A stretch of DNA of 36,144 bases from Octopus sinensis. Its lineage: Eukaryota. Position numbers and translations under genes: made by a program. Where the stretch lies: contig NW_021828088.1 in assembly GCF_006345805.1 (NCBI RefSeq), positions 1 through 36,144 of the forward strand. Direction: 5' to 3'. The notes below the pieces were generated by a model, which had not been told where the DNA came from, ran no database searches, and was given only the letters and a program-made list of their open reading frames with translations. Shown piece after piece: positions 24,555 to 35,545 of this stretch (the stretch's first letter is position 1; each line of letters starts with the position of its first letter).

Positions 24555-24818
24555 ACGATGAGCTGGCAGAATCATTAGCACGCTGGGCGAAAAGCTTAGC
24601 GGTATTTCATCTGCCGCTACGTTCTGAGTTCAAATTCCGCTGAGGTCGACTTTGCCTTTCATCGTTTCGGGGTCGATTAAATAAGTACCAGTTCCGCACT
24701 GGGGTCGATGTAATCGACTTAATACCTATGTCTGTCGTTGTTTGTTCCCTCTGTGTTTAGTCCCTTGTGGGTAGAAAAGAAATAGGTATTTCGTCTGCGG
24801 CTACGTTCTGAGTTCAAA
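24555..24818 (+). mobile_element. SINE family B plus a short restart fragment
   Basis: Intact monomer, then a restart at GGTATTTCGTCTG (24785). Confidence 0.9.
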
Positions 24819-25022
24819 AGAAATTTGGACAGAACTGTCAACTTACGACGGGCAGCCGACGACAACGAGGAATGTTACTTTCTCTGTTTAGAAACTATTT
24901 TACATTTGTTACTTGTGTTTTTCGCAAAAACGCAAATCATGTCTTTATTTTCACTCTAAAAAGGAGGAACTTTTGTGACAAGCGAAATGAAATCAATGAT
25001 TTCCGTCTTTAGAAAGGAAGGA

Positions 25023-25065
<43 letters not shown>

Positions 25066-25069
<4 letters not shown>

Positions 25070-25420
25070 TTTTATTCTTTTACTTGTGCCAGTCATTTGA
25101 CTGCGGCCATGCTGGAGCACTGCCTTTAGTCAAACGAATCGATCCCAGGACTTATTCTATCGGTCTCATTTGCCGAACAGCTATGTTTCGGTGATGTAAA
25201 TAAACACACTAATATCGGCTGTCAAGCGATGGGGGGGGGGAACACACACACACACAGAATTATATTTGCATGTATATACACGACAGGCTTCCTTCAGTTT
25301 CCGTTTACCAAATCCACTCACAAGGTTTTGATATGAGACACTTGCCCAAGGTGCTATGCAGTGGGATTGAACCTGAAACCATGTAGTTGGGAAGCAAGCT
25401 TCTTACCACACAACCAGGCC
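25066..25420 (-). mobile_element. SINE family A (internally deleted)
   Basis: Reverse complement of the family A tail, body and head. Confidence 0.85.
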
Positions 25421-25603
25421 AACATCCTTCCTTTCATTCATGTTCTTCCCATTATGTATATTTTGTTTAACGGAAGTTTCAAAGTGCCCTGTTGACATAC
25501 AATACACAAAGCATCGTAATAATATTTACAGAGCTGGATTACTTTATTGAACTGCCCAAAACTCATGATCCCTTTTATATATTCTTTGAAATACATTTTA
25601 ATA

Positions 25604-25640
<37 letters not shown>

Positions 25641-25643
<3 letters not shown>

Positions 25644-25798
25644 GACGGGCTTCTTTCAGTTTCCGTCTACCAAATCCACTCACAACGCTTTGGTTGGCCC
25701 GAGGTTATAGTAGAAGACACTTGCCCAAGGTGCCATGCAGTGGGACTGAACCAAGAACCATGTGGTTGGTAAGCAAGCTACTAACCACACAGCCACTC

Positions 25799-25800
<2 letters not shown>
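25641..25800 (-). mobile_element. SINE family A 5' half
   Basis: CGACGGGCTTCTTTCAGTTTCCGTCTACCAAATCCACTCAC...CCACACAGCCACTCCT is the reverse complement of the head. Confidence 0.9.
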
Positions 25801-25834
<34 letters not shown>

Positions 25835-25866
25835 TATAGATATATATAGATATATGTATATATATA

Positions 25867-26703
25867 GTCTTCATAAATGACTTGCCCGACGACCTCACGC
25901 AACACACCCTTCTATTTGCCGACGATATCAAACTGGTCGCTCCTCGCGGTAGTATAGAGGATCTTCGTCGATGCCTCCACCAAATTTGGAAGTGGTCTAA
26001 CGATTGGGACCTGTGTCTGAACGTGTCAAAGTGCTGTCATCTGCCTGTCGGCTCTACTCCTGCAACTCAACTTGATTTCGAGCCGGGTCGTCTGCTGCTG
26101 GAGAGGACCGATCAGGTAAAGGACCTGGGTATCTTGGTGGATTCCTCCTTTTCGCCTTCGGCCCAGTGCGTCCATGCTGCCAACAAAGCGCGCGGAATTC
26201 TGTTTTTGATTCGACGGTCATTCGGAATGCTCACAGCAGCCATATTCCTGCCACTCTATGTCACGCTGGTGAGACCCATATTGGAGTATGGGATTCAAGC
26301 CTCTTCTCCTTATCTCCTCAAAGACATACAGCATCTCGAAAGAGTCCAGAGGCTGGCTACCCGCATGGTTCATGGTCTCAAAAATTTGTCCTACGAAGAA
26401 AGGCTGAGGACGCTCGACCTTTATTCTCTTGAAAAACTCCGCCGCCGTGATCTCATTCTCGCCCACAACATCATAAGCGGGAAGTGTAACCTCTCGAAAG
26501 AGCTGTTCTTCACTCCTGCTCCGGAGCGTCGGCTGCGGGGTCATTCCGAAAAGCTCTACCTGCGACGATTTCATCTCAATCGAAGGAGAGGAGCTTTCTC
26601 CGTCCGGGTTGCGGATCCGTGGAACAAGCTGCCAGACGAGATGGTGAAGATGCCGACGACCGCTTTGTTCAAAGCCTCCCTGGACCTCAAGTGGCCTGCC
26701 TGA
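25867..26703 (+). CDS. C-terminal part of LINE ORF2 reverse transcriptase (stop-free but 5'-truncated; no true start codon)
   Basis: VFINDLP...LLFADDIKL catalytic motif, RPILEYG...LERVQRLATRMV...LSYEERL...LRGH..KL...FSVRV..WNKLP, typical of CR1/L2-group ORF2 C-termini. Confidence 0.9.
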   Translation, partial: VFINDLPDDLTQHTLLFADDIKLVAPRGSIEDLRRCLHQIWKWSNDWDLCLNVSKCCHLPVGSTPATQLDFEPGRLLLERTDQVKDLGILVDSSFSPSAQCVHAANKARGILFLIRRSFGMLTAAIFLPLYVTLVRPILEYGIQASSPYLLKDIQHLERVQRLATRMVHGLKNLSYEERLRTLDLYSLEKLRRRDLILAHNIISGKCNLSKELFFTPAPERRLRGHSEKLYLRRFHLNRRRGAFSVRVADPWNKLPDEMVKMPTTALFKASLDLKWPA

Positions 26704-26799
26704 ACTCTTACATGAACACCACCCTGTACTTAACTCCATGTCCCCCTACATGGCCTTGCTATTTGCTTTTGAGCCAAATTAACTAACTAACTAACTAAC
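25867..26799 (+). mobile_element. 5'-truncated CR1-type LINE inserted in a (TA)n tract
   Basis: RT-coding segment, short 3' UTR with the hairpin CCATGT-CCCCCT-ACATGG (26736-26753), (TAAC)5 tail (26780-26799), TA repeats on both sides. Confidence 0.92.
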
Positions 26800-26802
26800 A
26801 TA

Positions 26803-26962
26803 TATGACAGACTTTCAGTTTCTATCTACCAAATCTGCTCACAAGGCTTTGGTCGGCCGGAGGTTTTCGAAGAAAACATTTTCCCAAGGTGCCACGTATT
26901 GGAACTGAACTCGGAACCTTGTAGTTAGGAAGCCAGTCTCTTACGGCACATCCACGCCACCT
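26803..26962 (-). mobile_element. Degenerate SINE family A 5' half
   Basis: CTTTCAGTTTCTATCTACCAAATC...CCCAAGGTGCCACG...GAACTGAACTCGGAACC. Confidence 0.8.
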
Positions 26963-27670
26963 ATGTTAATATGTGAATGCTTGCAACAAACGTGGTGCTG
27001 ACCAAATAGAACAGACATGATTTTACCAAATAAAATCGCTGCTTACTGTTTTAAAAGTCCAAATACCTACTGCGTTGATCTCTTGATCACATTCTCTCGC
27101 TCCCTTCCATTCTTAACACCATTCTCTCATTCTTTGACAATAGTTATGTACGTATTGTATTTCGCATTGTATTTTATTTCTTAGATATATGTCTGTAATT
27201 CTATGCGTCTCTACGTACATAAAAACTTATAATTAAAACGATTATTATCATTAACAATGTTACTAGTAGTAGTAGTAGTAGCAGCAGTGGCAGAAGCAGC
27301 GGCCGCGATGGTGTTGTTGTTGGTGGTGGTGATCGTCGTCGTTGTCGTCGTAGGCAGGACGGGTAGTAACTGTAAGATTTTATGGCTAAAACTCCAGTTA
27401 ACTATCCAATTAATACATGATTACAATATCAAATATTCATAACAGACTCGTTAAATAGAGGTCGTAAATTATAATATAAACTTATAATGTGGAAATTCAA
27501 ATTCTCAAACATCTTGACAAAATCATTATACGAACACACATACACACACACACACATATGCATGCATACAAATGTATGCAGATATCAATGTTCATGTATA
27601 AATGTAAATATGTAAATATATTTATGTGAATATTATATATATATATATATATATACATATATACACACAC

Positions 27671-27774
27671 GTATAACTGTCTGATCTATAGATTTCATCA
27701 CAGCAGCAGCTTCAGTCATCAAGTGATTTTCTGCTTGCAGATAATATTCGCATCTTTTATAGCTAGCATTCCAC
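27671..27774 (-). CDS. Candidate exon (WNASYKRCEYYLQAENHLMTEAAAVMKSIDQTVI)
   Basis: GATTTCCAG/G acceptor, open frame with protein-like composition; donor weak (GTGTGT, or GTTATA 7 nt earlier). No homology recognised. Confidence 0.25.
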
Positions 27775-28178
27775 CTGGAAATCGTAAATATCTACTTTTG
27801 ATCTGCTTAAATTATTCATAATGGACTTCTTACGAAGCTCATACATTTGTATCTTTACATGAATGCGCGCGTGCGCATGTGTGTCTGCTTTCAGTATTCG
27901 TTTTCTTCCATCTTCATATTCGTTTCAGTCTCTTGTTTTGTTCATCACCTTCGCAATTTCGTTATTATTATTACTATTATTATTTATATATTTTGATAGA
28001 ATCAAAGCATGTGTACAGAAAGACACTTTCTCATATTTATTTCTTACTGCAACAAGGCGGGGATTCGTTCATTTTATTCACGCACACACACACACACACA
28101 CATACATATACACACAAACATACATACATACACACACGCACGCTAGCCACAACACATTCTTTATTTTCTCTCCTTGTT

Positions 28179-28216
28179 TCTTTCTGTAGAAGAGCGTAGG
28201 CTCGAAACGTTAAAGA
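28179..28216 (+). ncRNA. Minimal type I hammerhead-like motif with variant core CUGUAGA
   Basis: Helix I TCTTT/AAAGA, CTGTAGA plus A, helix II GAGC-GTAG-GCTC, GAAA, palindromic ACGT, T; lies in a short repeat (about 28150-28310) bounded by CA and TA microsatellites. Confidence 0.6.
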
Positions 28217-28358
28217 CTTTTTCACTTCCCGAGCTTTATACTAATGCATCTGTTTGTTATCTACACTACCTGTCTTCGTCTTTTGTTGTTTTGTGAATTC
28301 TCCCTATATATATATATATATATATATGTGTGGTGTGTGTATACATATATACATATGC

Positions 28359-28389
<31 letters not shown>

Positions 28390-28439
28390 TGTCTGTGTGT
28401 GTGTGTGTGTATACATATATACATATACATATATATATG

Positions 28440-28474
<35 letters not shown>

Positions 28475-28484
28475 ATACATATAC

Positions 28485-28522
<38 letters not shown>

Positions 28523-28530
28523 ATACATAT

Positions 28531-28561
<31 letters not shown>

Positions 28562-28562
28562 T

Positions 28563-28902
28563 AAAAGACCCCCTTCGGTCATGAGTGACCATGGGTTTGC
28601 ACCTAGAGAGTTACCCTCTGAGGCACAAGTCTGGGCAAGGTTGTTTTTATGGAAGACCAGTAGTCGCCCATGCATACCGGCCTCCCCTCTCCACGCCACC
28701 AGTGTTATCCAAGGGAAAGACAAAGGCCGATACAGCTTGGCACATGTGACGTCGCAACTCATTTCTACAGATGAGTGAACTGGAGCAGCGTGAAATAAAG
28801 CGTCTTGCTCAAGAACACAACACGCAGCCCGGTCCGGGATTCGAGCTCACAACCTCACGATCGTAAGCTCGACGCTCTAACCACTGAGCCATGCGCCTCC
28901 AC
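28563..28902 (-). mobile_element. Full-length tRNA-derived SINE family D
   Basis: Minus strand GTGGAGGCGCATGGCTCAGTGGTTAGAGCG...CTCGAATCCCGGACC head; small hairpin GGTCA-CTCA-TGACC near the 3' end. Confidence 0.9.
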
Positions 28903-28907
28903 TATAC

Positions 28908-28940
<33 letters not shown>

Positions 28941-29155
28941 TATGTGTGTGGTCTCTAATTCATGTGGGGTTTAGTTGCTGGATTCAGCTAGAATTTCCAA
29001 TAAAAGAATTCACCCCGAAGATGTATACATATAAATAATCGGGACACGTTCAATAATGTAGACCCAAGCACTCTACTGGTCTGAAGAGTTTTAAACAAGG
29101 AGCAATCTCCATTATTTTCTTTTGACAGATATTTGTCCTCATATTGTTTATTGTT

Positions 29156-29201
29156 AACACAACGTTTCGGCTGATATACACTCCAGCCTTGATCAGGTGT
29201 C
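29156..29201 (-). ncRNA. Second copy of the 1350-1395 hammerhead motif, core mutated to CUGAUCA
   Basis: GACAC-CTGATCA-A-GGCTG..CAGCC-GAAA-CGT-T-GTGTT on the minus strand; the downstream flank is also homologous to 1396-1430. Confidence 0.7.
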
Positions 29202-30338
29202 TTTGGAAACCTCTGATGAGAAACAAAAACAGGTTGATCAAATTTCGAAATCACGTGTTAAGGTTTTATCAAACTACTTCTGTGAGTTTATTTCGCCGGA
29301 GAAAGATGTTGTGGCTTGCTGCTCCAATTCCCAAATACCGCATAATGTTAGTGCTTTTGTGTGGCTGTTCGAGTGAAACTTTGACTATCACTTCTAGCAA
29401 TTGCAGGTGGTATTTTGCATCTTCATTTATTAATTTTACCTTTTGGGGGTTTTAATTGCTATGGCCACCGCTCGTACGCATCTCTGCCTGTAATTCTACT
29501 GCTGGATATTAATATTATTTCAAAAATATTCATATTTTCCTGCATATATTTTCACTGATGTTGGTTCGGATTATGACTGAAGACATCAGCCGAGTAAACA
29601 GGCAGAGATGTAGTGGATATTTTAAAATCTGGTCCTTCATGGTTGACTCAACCGGTGTTAACCAATCAGATTCGCGCTCAGGCACGTGATTTGAAGAGTT
29701 TGAAACTGCAGTATTGAGTTATCCTTTATTCCTCTAACGGTCGCCGTAGAGGTAAGACAGAATTTTCCTATATTCACCGCCCGCACACATCTCTGCCTCT
29801 AAATATTCAGTGAAGCTCTACATAGCGCCTAAAACATATCGGATGCTATTTCTAGCAATAATCGTACGTCATATACACCTGGGTTATATGTTTATAATCC
29901 TACTATATCTTACTGGTTGTTAATATTAGTTTAGTAATATTTATATTTTCATGTGTGTATATATATAGATATACATATCAATCTATCTATCTATCTGTCT
30001 GTCTATCTAAATATATATGCAGTATACGTTATTGCTCGTTTCAGCCATGTATATGCGGCCATGATGGAGCAGACATATATTTGCCTCGCTTGCCTCGTCT
30101 CTCTTTCTCTTGTGCTCTTTATATATGTGTATGTGTGTCTATGTGTGTGAATGTGTATACACACAGGTAGATGTATACATACACGTACATGTATGCACAT
30201 AATATACACAGAGACACACACACGGCTATATGCAAAAATTTATAGAGAAACATATACACACATACGTATATATATATGTACGCACACATATACATACATA
30301 CGTATATATATATGTACGCACACATATACATACATACA

Positions 30339-30374
<36 letters not shown>

Positions 30375-30549
30375 GAAAGCACTCATCTGTGATAGAAAAC
30401 TCAACAAAAATGTACTCTATCTGGAGAGAGATAAATTTATTGTGGCCTTTATATAAGTAATATTATGTTTACATATGTATGTATATATATATATATAAGT
30501 GTATATATAAATATATATACATAAATATGTATATATTTATATATCAATG

Positions 30550-30581
<32 letters not shown>

Positions 30582-31323
30582 TATATATATATATGGATGT
30601 ATATATATATATTTGTATGTATAGTATGTATATACATACACATATATATGTGTATATATGTAAGTGTATATATGTATGTTTATATTTATGAAAATATATA
30701 TATATATATGCATATATATATACATATACATACATATATATGTGTATATATATATATTATATACATACATACACACACAATATACATACACACAGGCACA
30801 CATACACGCGGCGCATACATATATACGCACAGTCACATACATACATACATACATATATGCGTCTGCTTACATATGTAATTTGATGTAAAACATTGTGCTC
30901 CGTTGCATTCAAGACACTGGTCTGGGCGCCAGTTTAATTAGCTTTGGGATTTAGTTTCTAAAGGGCCTTCCCTTTTCGACGTACTAATTGAAACATGGAT
31001 GTGTGCGTGTGTATGTGCATGCACGTGCGTGTATGTTAGTATGTCTGTTTGTATGATTCTATGTATGTATGTATGTATGTATTTATGTATGTATGTATGT
31101 ATGTATGTACGTAGGCATACATGTATAAATGTTCTTTCTTTATACAGACCTATTATGTTGAAGTTTCTGGATGTTAGACTCTTCGTACAAGCGCGTGCAT
31201 GCGCGATTATGTGTGTGTGTGTGTATCTGCTTACTGTTTTAGTGTATTAATTAATATTCCTGTTGTGTGTATAATCTTTACTCAATTAAACTTGCTTTCT
31301 GATCATATATATATATATATGTC

Positions 31324-31332
31324 AGTTTGTTC

Positions 31333-31398
<66 letters not shown>

Positions 31399-31539
31399 AA
31401 CGCTCTGATATATATATATCTATACCCGCTCGGTGATATATATATATATATATATATATGTCAGTTTTTGTCTTATATATATATAGATATATATATATCA
31501 GAGCGTTTGTATATATATATATATATATTAAGAACAAAC

Positions 31540-31540
<1 letters not shown>
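31324..31540. repeat. Inverted duplication built around (TA)n
   Basis: AGTTTGTTCTTAA (31324-31336) pairs with 31528-31540; 29 perfect bp ACAAACGCTCTGATATATATATATCTATA (31396-31424) pair with 31482-31510. Confidence 0.92.
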
Positions 31541-31570
<30 letters not shown>

Positions 31571-32231
31571 CATACATACATACATACATACATACATACA
31601 TACATACATACATACATACATACATACATGTGTATATGAATTAAGTTTTTAGACATAGTAAGAATCCGTTGCGGTTCGGCTATACAATCTGACATCGTAC
31701 ATAGTTTGGTTATATTATTCACCATATTAAAATTGTTAATAAACTTTCATCAAACAAAGTGTTTGACTTGTTTTGAAACTTATCTATTTTTACATTACAT
31801 TTAAGTAAATATACGTTGGGAAATAGAATCGTAAGAGCGCCATATGTAATGGAATCTTGGTATGTAGTTGCGCCCCCACTATACCATCTAAATTTAATTC
31901 CCACTAACGTTCGACGTCTGCCTTTGATCTTGTCAAGTGCTGCGGTTGATATCTAACAGACAAAACCCTCCCAAGCCAATTTGTGGTCTTGTGTCTGTTA
32001 GAAATTATTACAATGTTAGATATTATTATTAGTATTTATATCAAGGCTGCGAGCTGGCAGAATCATCAGCGCGCTGGACGAAATGCTTAGCGATATTTCA
32101 CCCGTCGCTGTTTTGAGTTCAACTTTCGGGGACAGTAAATTAACTACCAGTGAAACACTGGGATCGATGTAATCGATTTAACCCCGTCCCGCCAAAATCC
32201 AGGCCTTGTGCCTACAGTAGAAAGGATTATC

Positions 32232-33033
32232 ATTATTATTATTATTATTATTATTGAGTGAGAGAGCAGTGCATTCCATCAAAGTGACACTGGGGCAAAA
32301 TGTACGAAGCCGAGTATACCCATCATAACTCTCCGTCTGATAACGGTACACTAGGCACATGCATCCCGACCATATGTGTGCGACATGGTGATCAAGATAA
32401 ACAGCGCATGGCCTTGCAGGTGAGACCCAGTTAGAATTTTCTGCAGGTCGAGTAGCCCATCCTGCTCAAAAGGCCCCTGAATAAGAATTATTTAAGGTTG
32501 TTGAACGAAACACCCATGTTTCCAGAAGTGAATTATCCAAATCCCAAACAATTCCTCTCAACACGTGACTATGATGCTCCCCACTTACTTCTGCGCATGA
32601 TTAGAGATGCACCTATCGTCAGCTAGCAAGTGACATGCTCAGCTGGTTAAAGTCATACAACTGACAAGCAAATCTCTGGTATGGAGCAGAATGTTTGCTG
32701 TAGCCCATCTTTTATAATAGATAAATAAATGCGCCCTTTTAAAGCCTAGCCAGGCTCATGGACCCGGTTTCCCGGTTTCTATGGCGTATGTGTTCCCCAG
32801 ATGGACGGGACGCCTGTCCATCGCGGCGTTACTCATTTTTGCCAGCTAAGTGGACTGGAGCAACGTGAAATGAAGTGTTTTGCTCAAGAACACAACGCGT
32901 CGCCCGGTCCAGGAATCGAAACCACAATCTTACGATCATAGTGCTGACACTCTAACCACTAAGCCACGCGCCTCCACTCCATTTTTTTATACCAAGACAA
33001 AACGATGTATATGATAACACTTCCAATCAGTTT
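32232..33033 (-). mobile_element. Non-coding retroposon-like segment ending in an (AAT)n tail, interrupted by a nested SINE
   Basis: Complex sequence abutting (ATT)n at 32232-32255; the sequence resumes after the insert at a duplicated CCATYTTTTATA. Family assignment from memory only. Confidence 0.5.
32717..32977 (-). mobile_element. SINE with a family D-type head but a different 3' region, with an imperfect target-site duplication of about 12 bp
   Basis: Shares CTGGAGCA.CGTGAAAT.AAG.GT.TTGCTCAAGAACACAAC...GCGCCTCCAC with 28780-28902; flanks CCATCTTTTATA (32705-32716) and CCATTTTTTTATA (32979-32991). Confidence 0.85.
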
Positions 33034-33039
33034 AAAAGC

Positions 33040-34075
33040 GGCTAGCTGGCAGAGTAGTTGGCATGCCAGGCAAAATGCTTTGTGGAATTTTGTCTTCTTA
33101 CATTCTGAAGTTCAAGTTTCGCAGTGGTTGATTTTGCCTTTCATCCTTTCGGAGTCGATAAATTAAGTATCTGTTGCATACAGTGATCGATCTCATCGAC
33201 TGGCTCCCCACCCCAAAATTTCAGACCTTGTGCCTATATTAGAAAGGATTATTATTATCATTATAAAAGCAGCTAGCTGGCACGATGGGCAAAATTATTA
33301 TCATTATAAAAGCAGCTAGCTGGCACGATGGGCAAAATGCTTTGCGGCATTTTGTCTGACCTTACGTTCTAAGTTCAAATTCCGCAGAGGTCGGCTTTGT
33401 CCTTCATCCTTTCGGGGTCTACAAATCAAGTATCAGTAATTGACTTAGCCATCCCCTAAAATTGCTGGCCTTATGCCAGAATTTGAAAACAATACTTATT
33501 CTGGATAAGGTGGTGAGCTGGCTGAAGGGTAAAATGCTTAACGGTATTTCATCCATCTTTACGTTCTGAGTTCAAATACCGCTGAGGTCGATTTTGCCTT
33601 CCAACCTTTTGTGGTTGACGAAATAATTACTAGTCGAGCATTGGGGTTGATGTAATCTATTTACCCCTTCTCCGAAATCGCTGGCCTTGTGCCAAATTTT
33701 GAAATCAATATTTATTCTAGACCTTAGCATCCCAGTTTCAAACATCGAGATGAACTCAATCTTTCATCCTTTTGGGGTCGATCATATAATATAAAAGTCA
33801 AATACCGGGCTCATTTTTATCAACTATTCTCCTAATTACAATTTGAGACCGTGTACCCCTGCGTGCTTGCATAGTCGCCAGAGCGTCTAATAAAATATTT
33901 AGGGACTTTTCTTCGGGTTCTTTACGTTCTAATTTCAAATACGACTGAAGCCAACTTCAGCTCTCACCCTTTCGAGGTCGATAAAATAAAATACCAGTCA
34001 AGTACTAAAGTGGATGTAATTGACTTCTTCCCTCCCCTCAAAACCTGATGGCTTTGTGTCAAAATATGAAACCAT
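33040..34075 (+). mobile_element. Train of roughly 4-6 degenerate SINE family B copies, including a perfect 43-bp tandem duplication
   Basis: Repeated GCTGGC..., ACGTTCT.AGTTCAAAT and TTTCATCCTTT blocks; 33252-33294 is identical to 33295-33337. Confidence 0.8.
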
Positions 34076-34848
34076 CATCATCATCATCAATATTATTGAT
34101 TTCAGTCATAGGTGATCTGGAGCTAAATAAAACCGACTGTATTGCTATGTATTAGTGAGTTCTACGTCAAAACCAACTAGAGACGACTTCGTGTTTTAAT
34201 TAATTCAAAGGGATTAATCAAATATATACTTTTCATGTATTGGTGTTTATTTTAATTGAATTTACTTACCCTTGCTTCCCAAAACTCTGTGGTCTTTACC
34301 AATGTTAGGGGATTTATCATATTTTAATTATTTCATTCTGGGTGCGTTCAAGAAATAGAATGCCTTTAGATCCAGTCTCAATACGTCTCGGCAAAATTTT
34401 CTAACCCTTCCCGTACTCTCTCTCTCCCTCGCTCTCTCGCACTATCTATCCATCTATCTTTCTTTCTTAATAACAAGAATATTGAGCTGGCAAATTCGTG
34501 ATATATGAATGAAATTCAAAGAACTGGATTGGTCTAGTTAGACTGTAACTAGATATACAATGAGTATATATAGTCTACAACCGTTGGCTCTGAAGAAGGC
34601 TTTAACACCTACAGTTCAATCCCAAGAGACTGTAATGAATTCGTTTCATGTTTTTGTTTGTTTGTTTTGTCTATCTTTTTTCTTTTTTTTTCTTTTAAAT
34701 GTTGCTTACACTGCAAGAACAAAAAGCGGTGATTACAATGTTGATTAGTAGGCACGCCAGCAGCAGCACCACATCACTACATCGCGACTGCCGACACTGT
34801 TGCTATTACTACTGCTGCTGTTACTACTAGTAGTAATAAAAGTAACAA

Positions 34849-34888
<40 letters not shown>

Positions 34889-35545
34889 GAGAGAGAGAGA
34901 GAGAGAGAGATAAACATATACAAAATGCGCGTAAATGTATGTGTGTATAGACACGATTGAGTAACTGTACGTACGATTGTTAGTGCCTGAGTGTACATAT
35001 AAAGATATATATGTATGTGTGTGTGTTTGTGCGCGCGCTTGTGTACTTATATGTGTGTATGTGTGTGTGTTTCTGTTCTCCAAGTAAGTTTTTATATATA
35101 ATTATGACGCGAAACTCTGTAACCCTTTGCTTGACCTTCCCTTCCTTCCTGTCTGTCTTCCTCTTTGCCTGTCTCTCTCCTTCTTATTTTTCAACCTTTC
35201 TGGTTTCCTTTCCTCTCTATCTCTCTCTCTCTCTCTCTCTCTCACTCCTCCTCATCTCTCACACAGCCGAGTCGACCACTTCCTTTCGCTGGCAGCTTCC
35301 TACAAGTGAACATGCTTTTTTCCTGCGCTCTTGAATTTTTCCATCGTCTAGGCTAAAAAAAGGCCCTCAATGTTTGTTTCATTGTCCTGTTTTTATTCTT
35401 TACTTGTACCGTATTTTTTTGTAATTTTATTTTTTATTTGTTTTTTTATTTGTATTGTTTTACGTCCTGTTTTTGTCAGATTTTTTTCTTTCCTTCTTTT
35501 TACCCCTCTGCAAAGGAATTTTATTTAATTCTTTCGCAGGAAGGG

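Noticed and set aside
34590-34610. CTGAAGAAGG core word
   Set aside because: No downstream helix II or GAAA.
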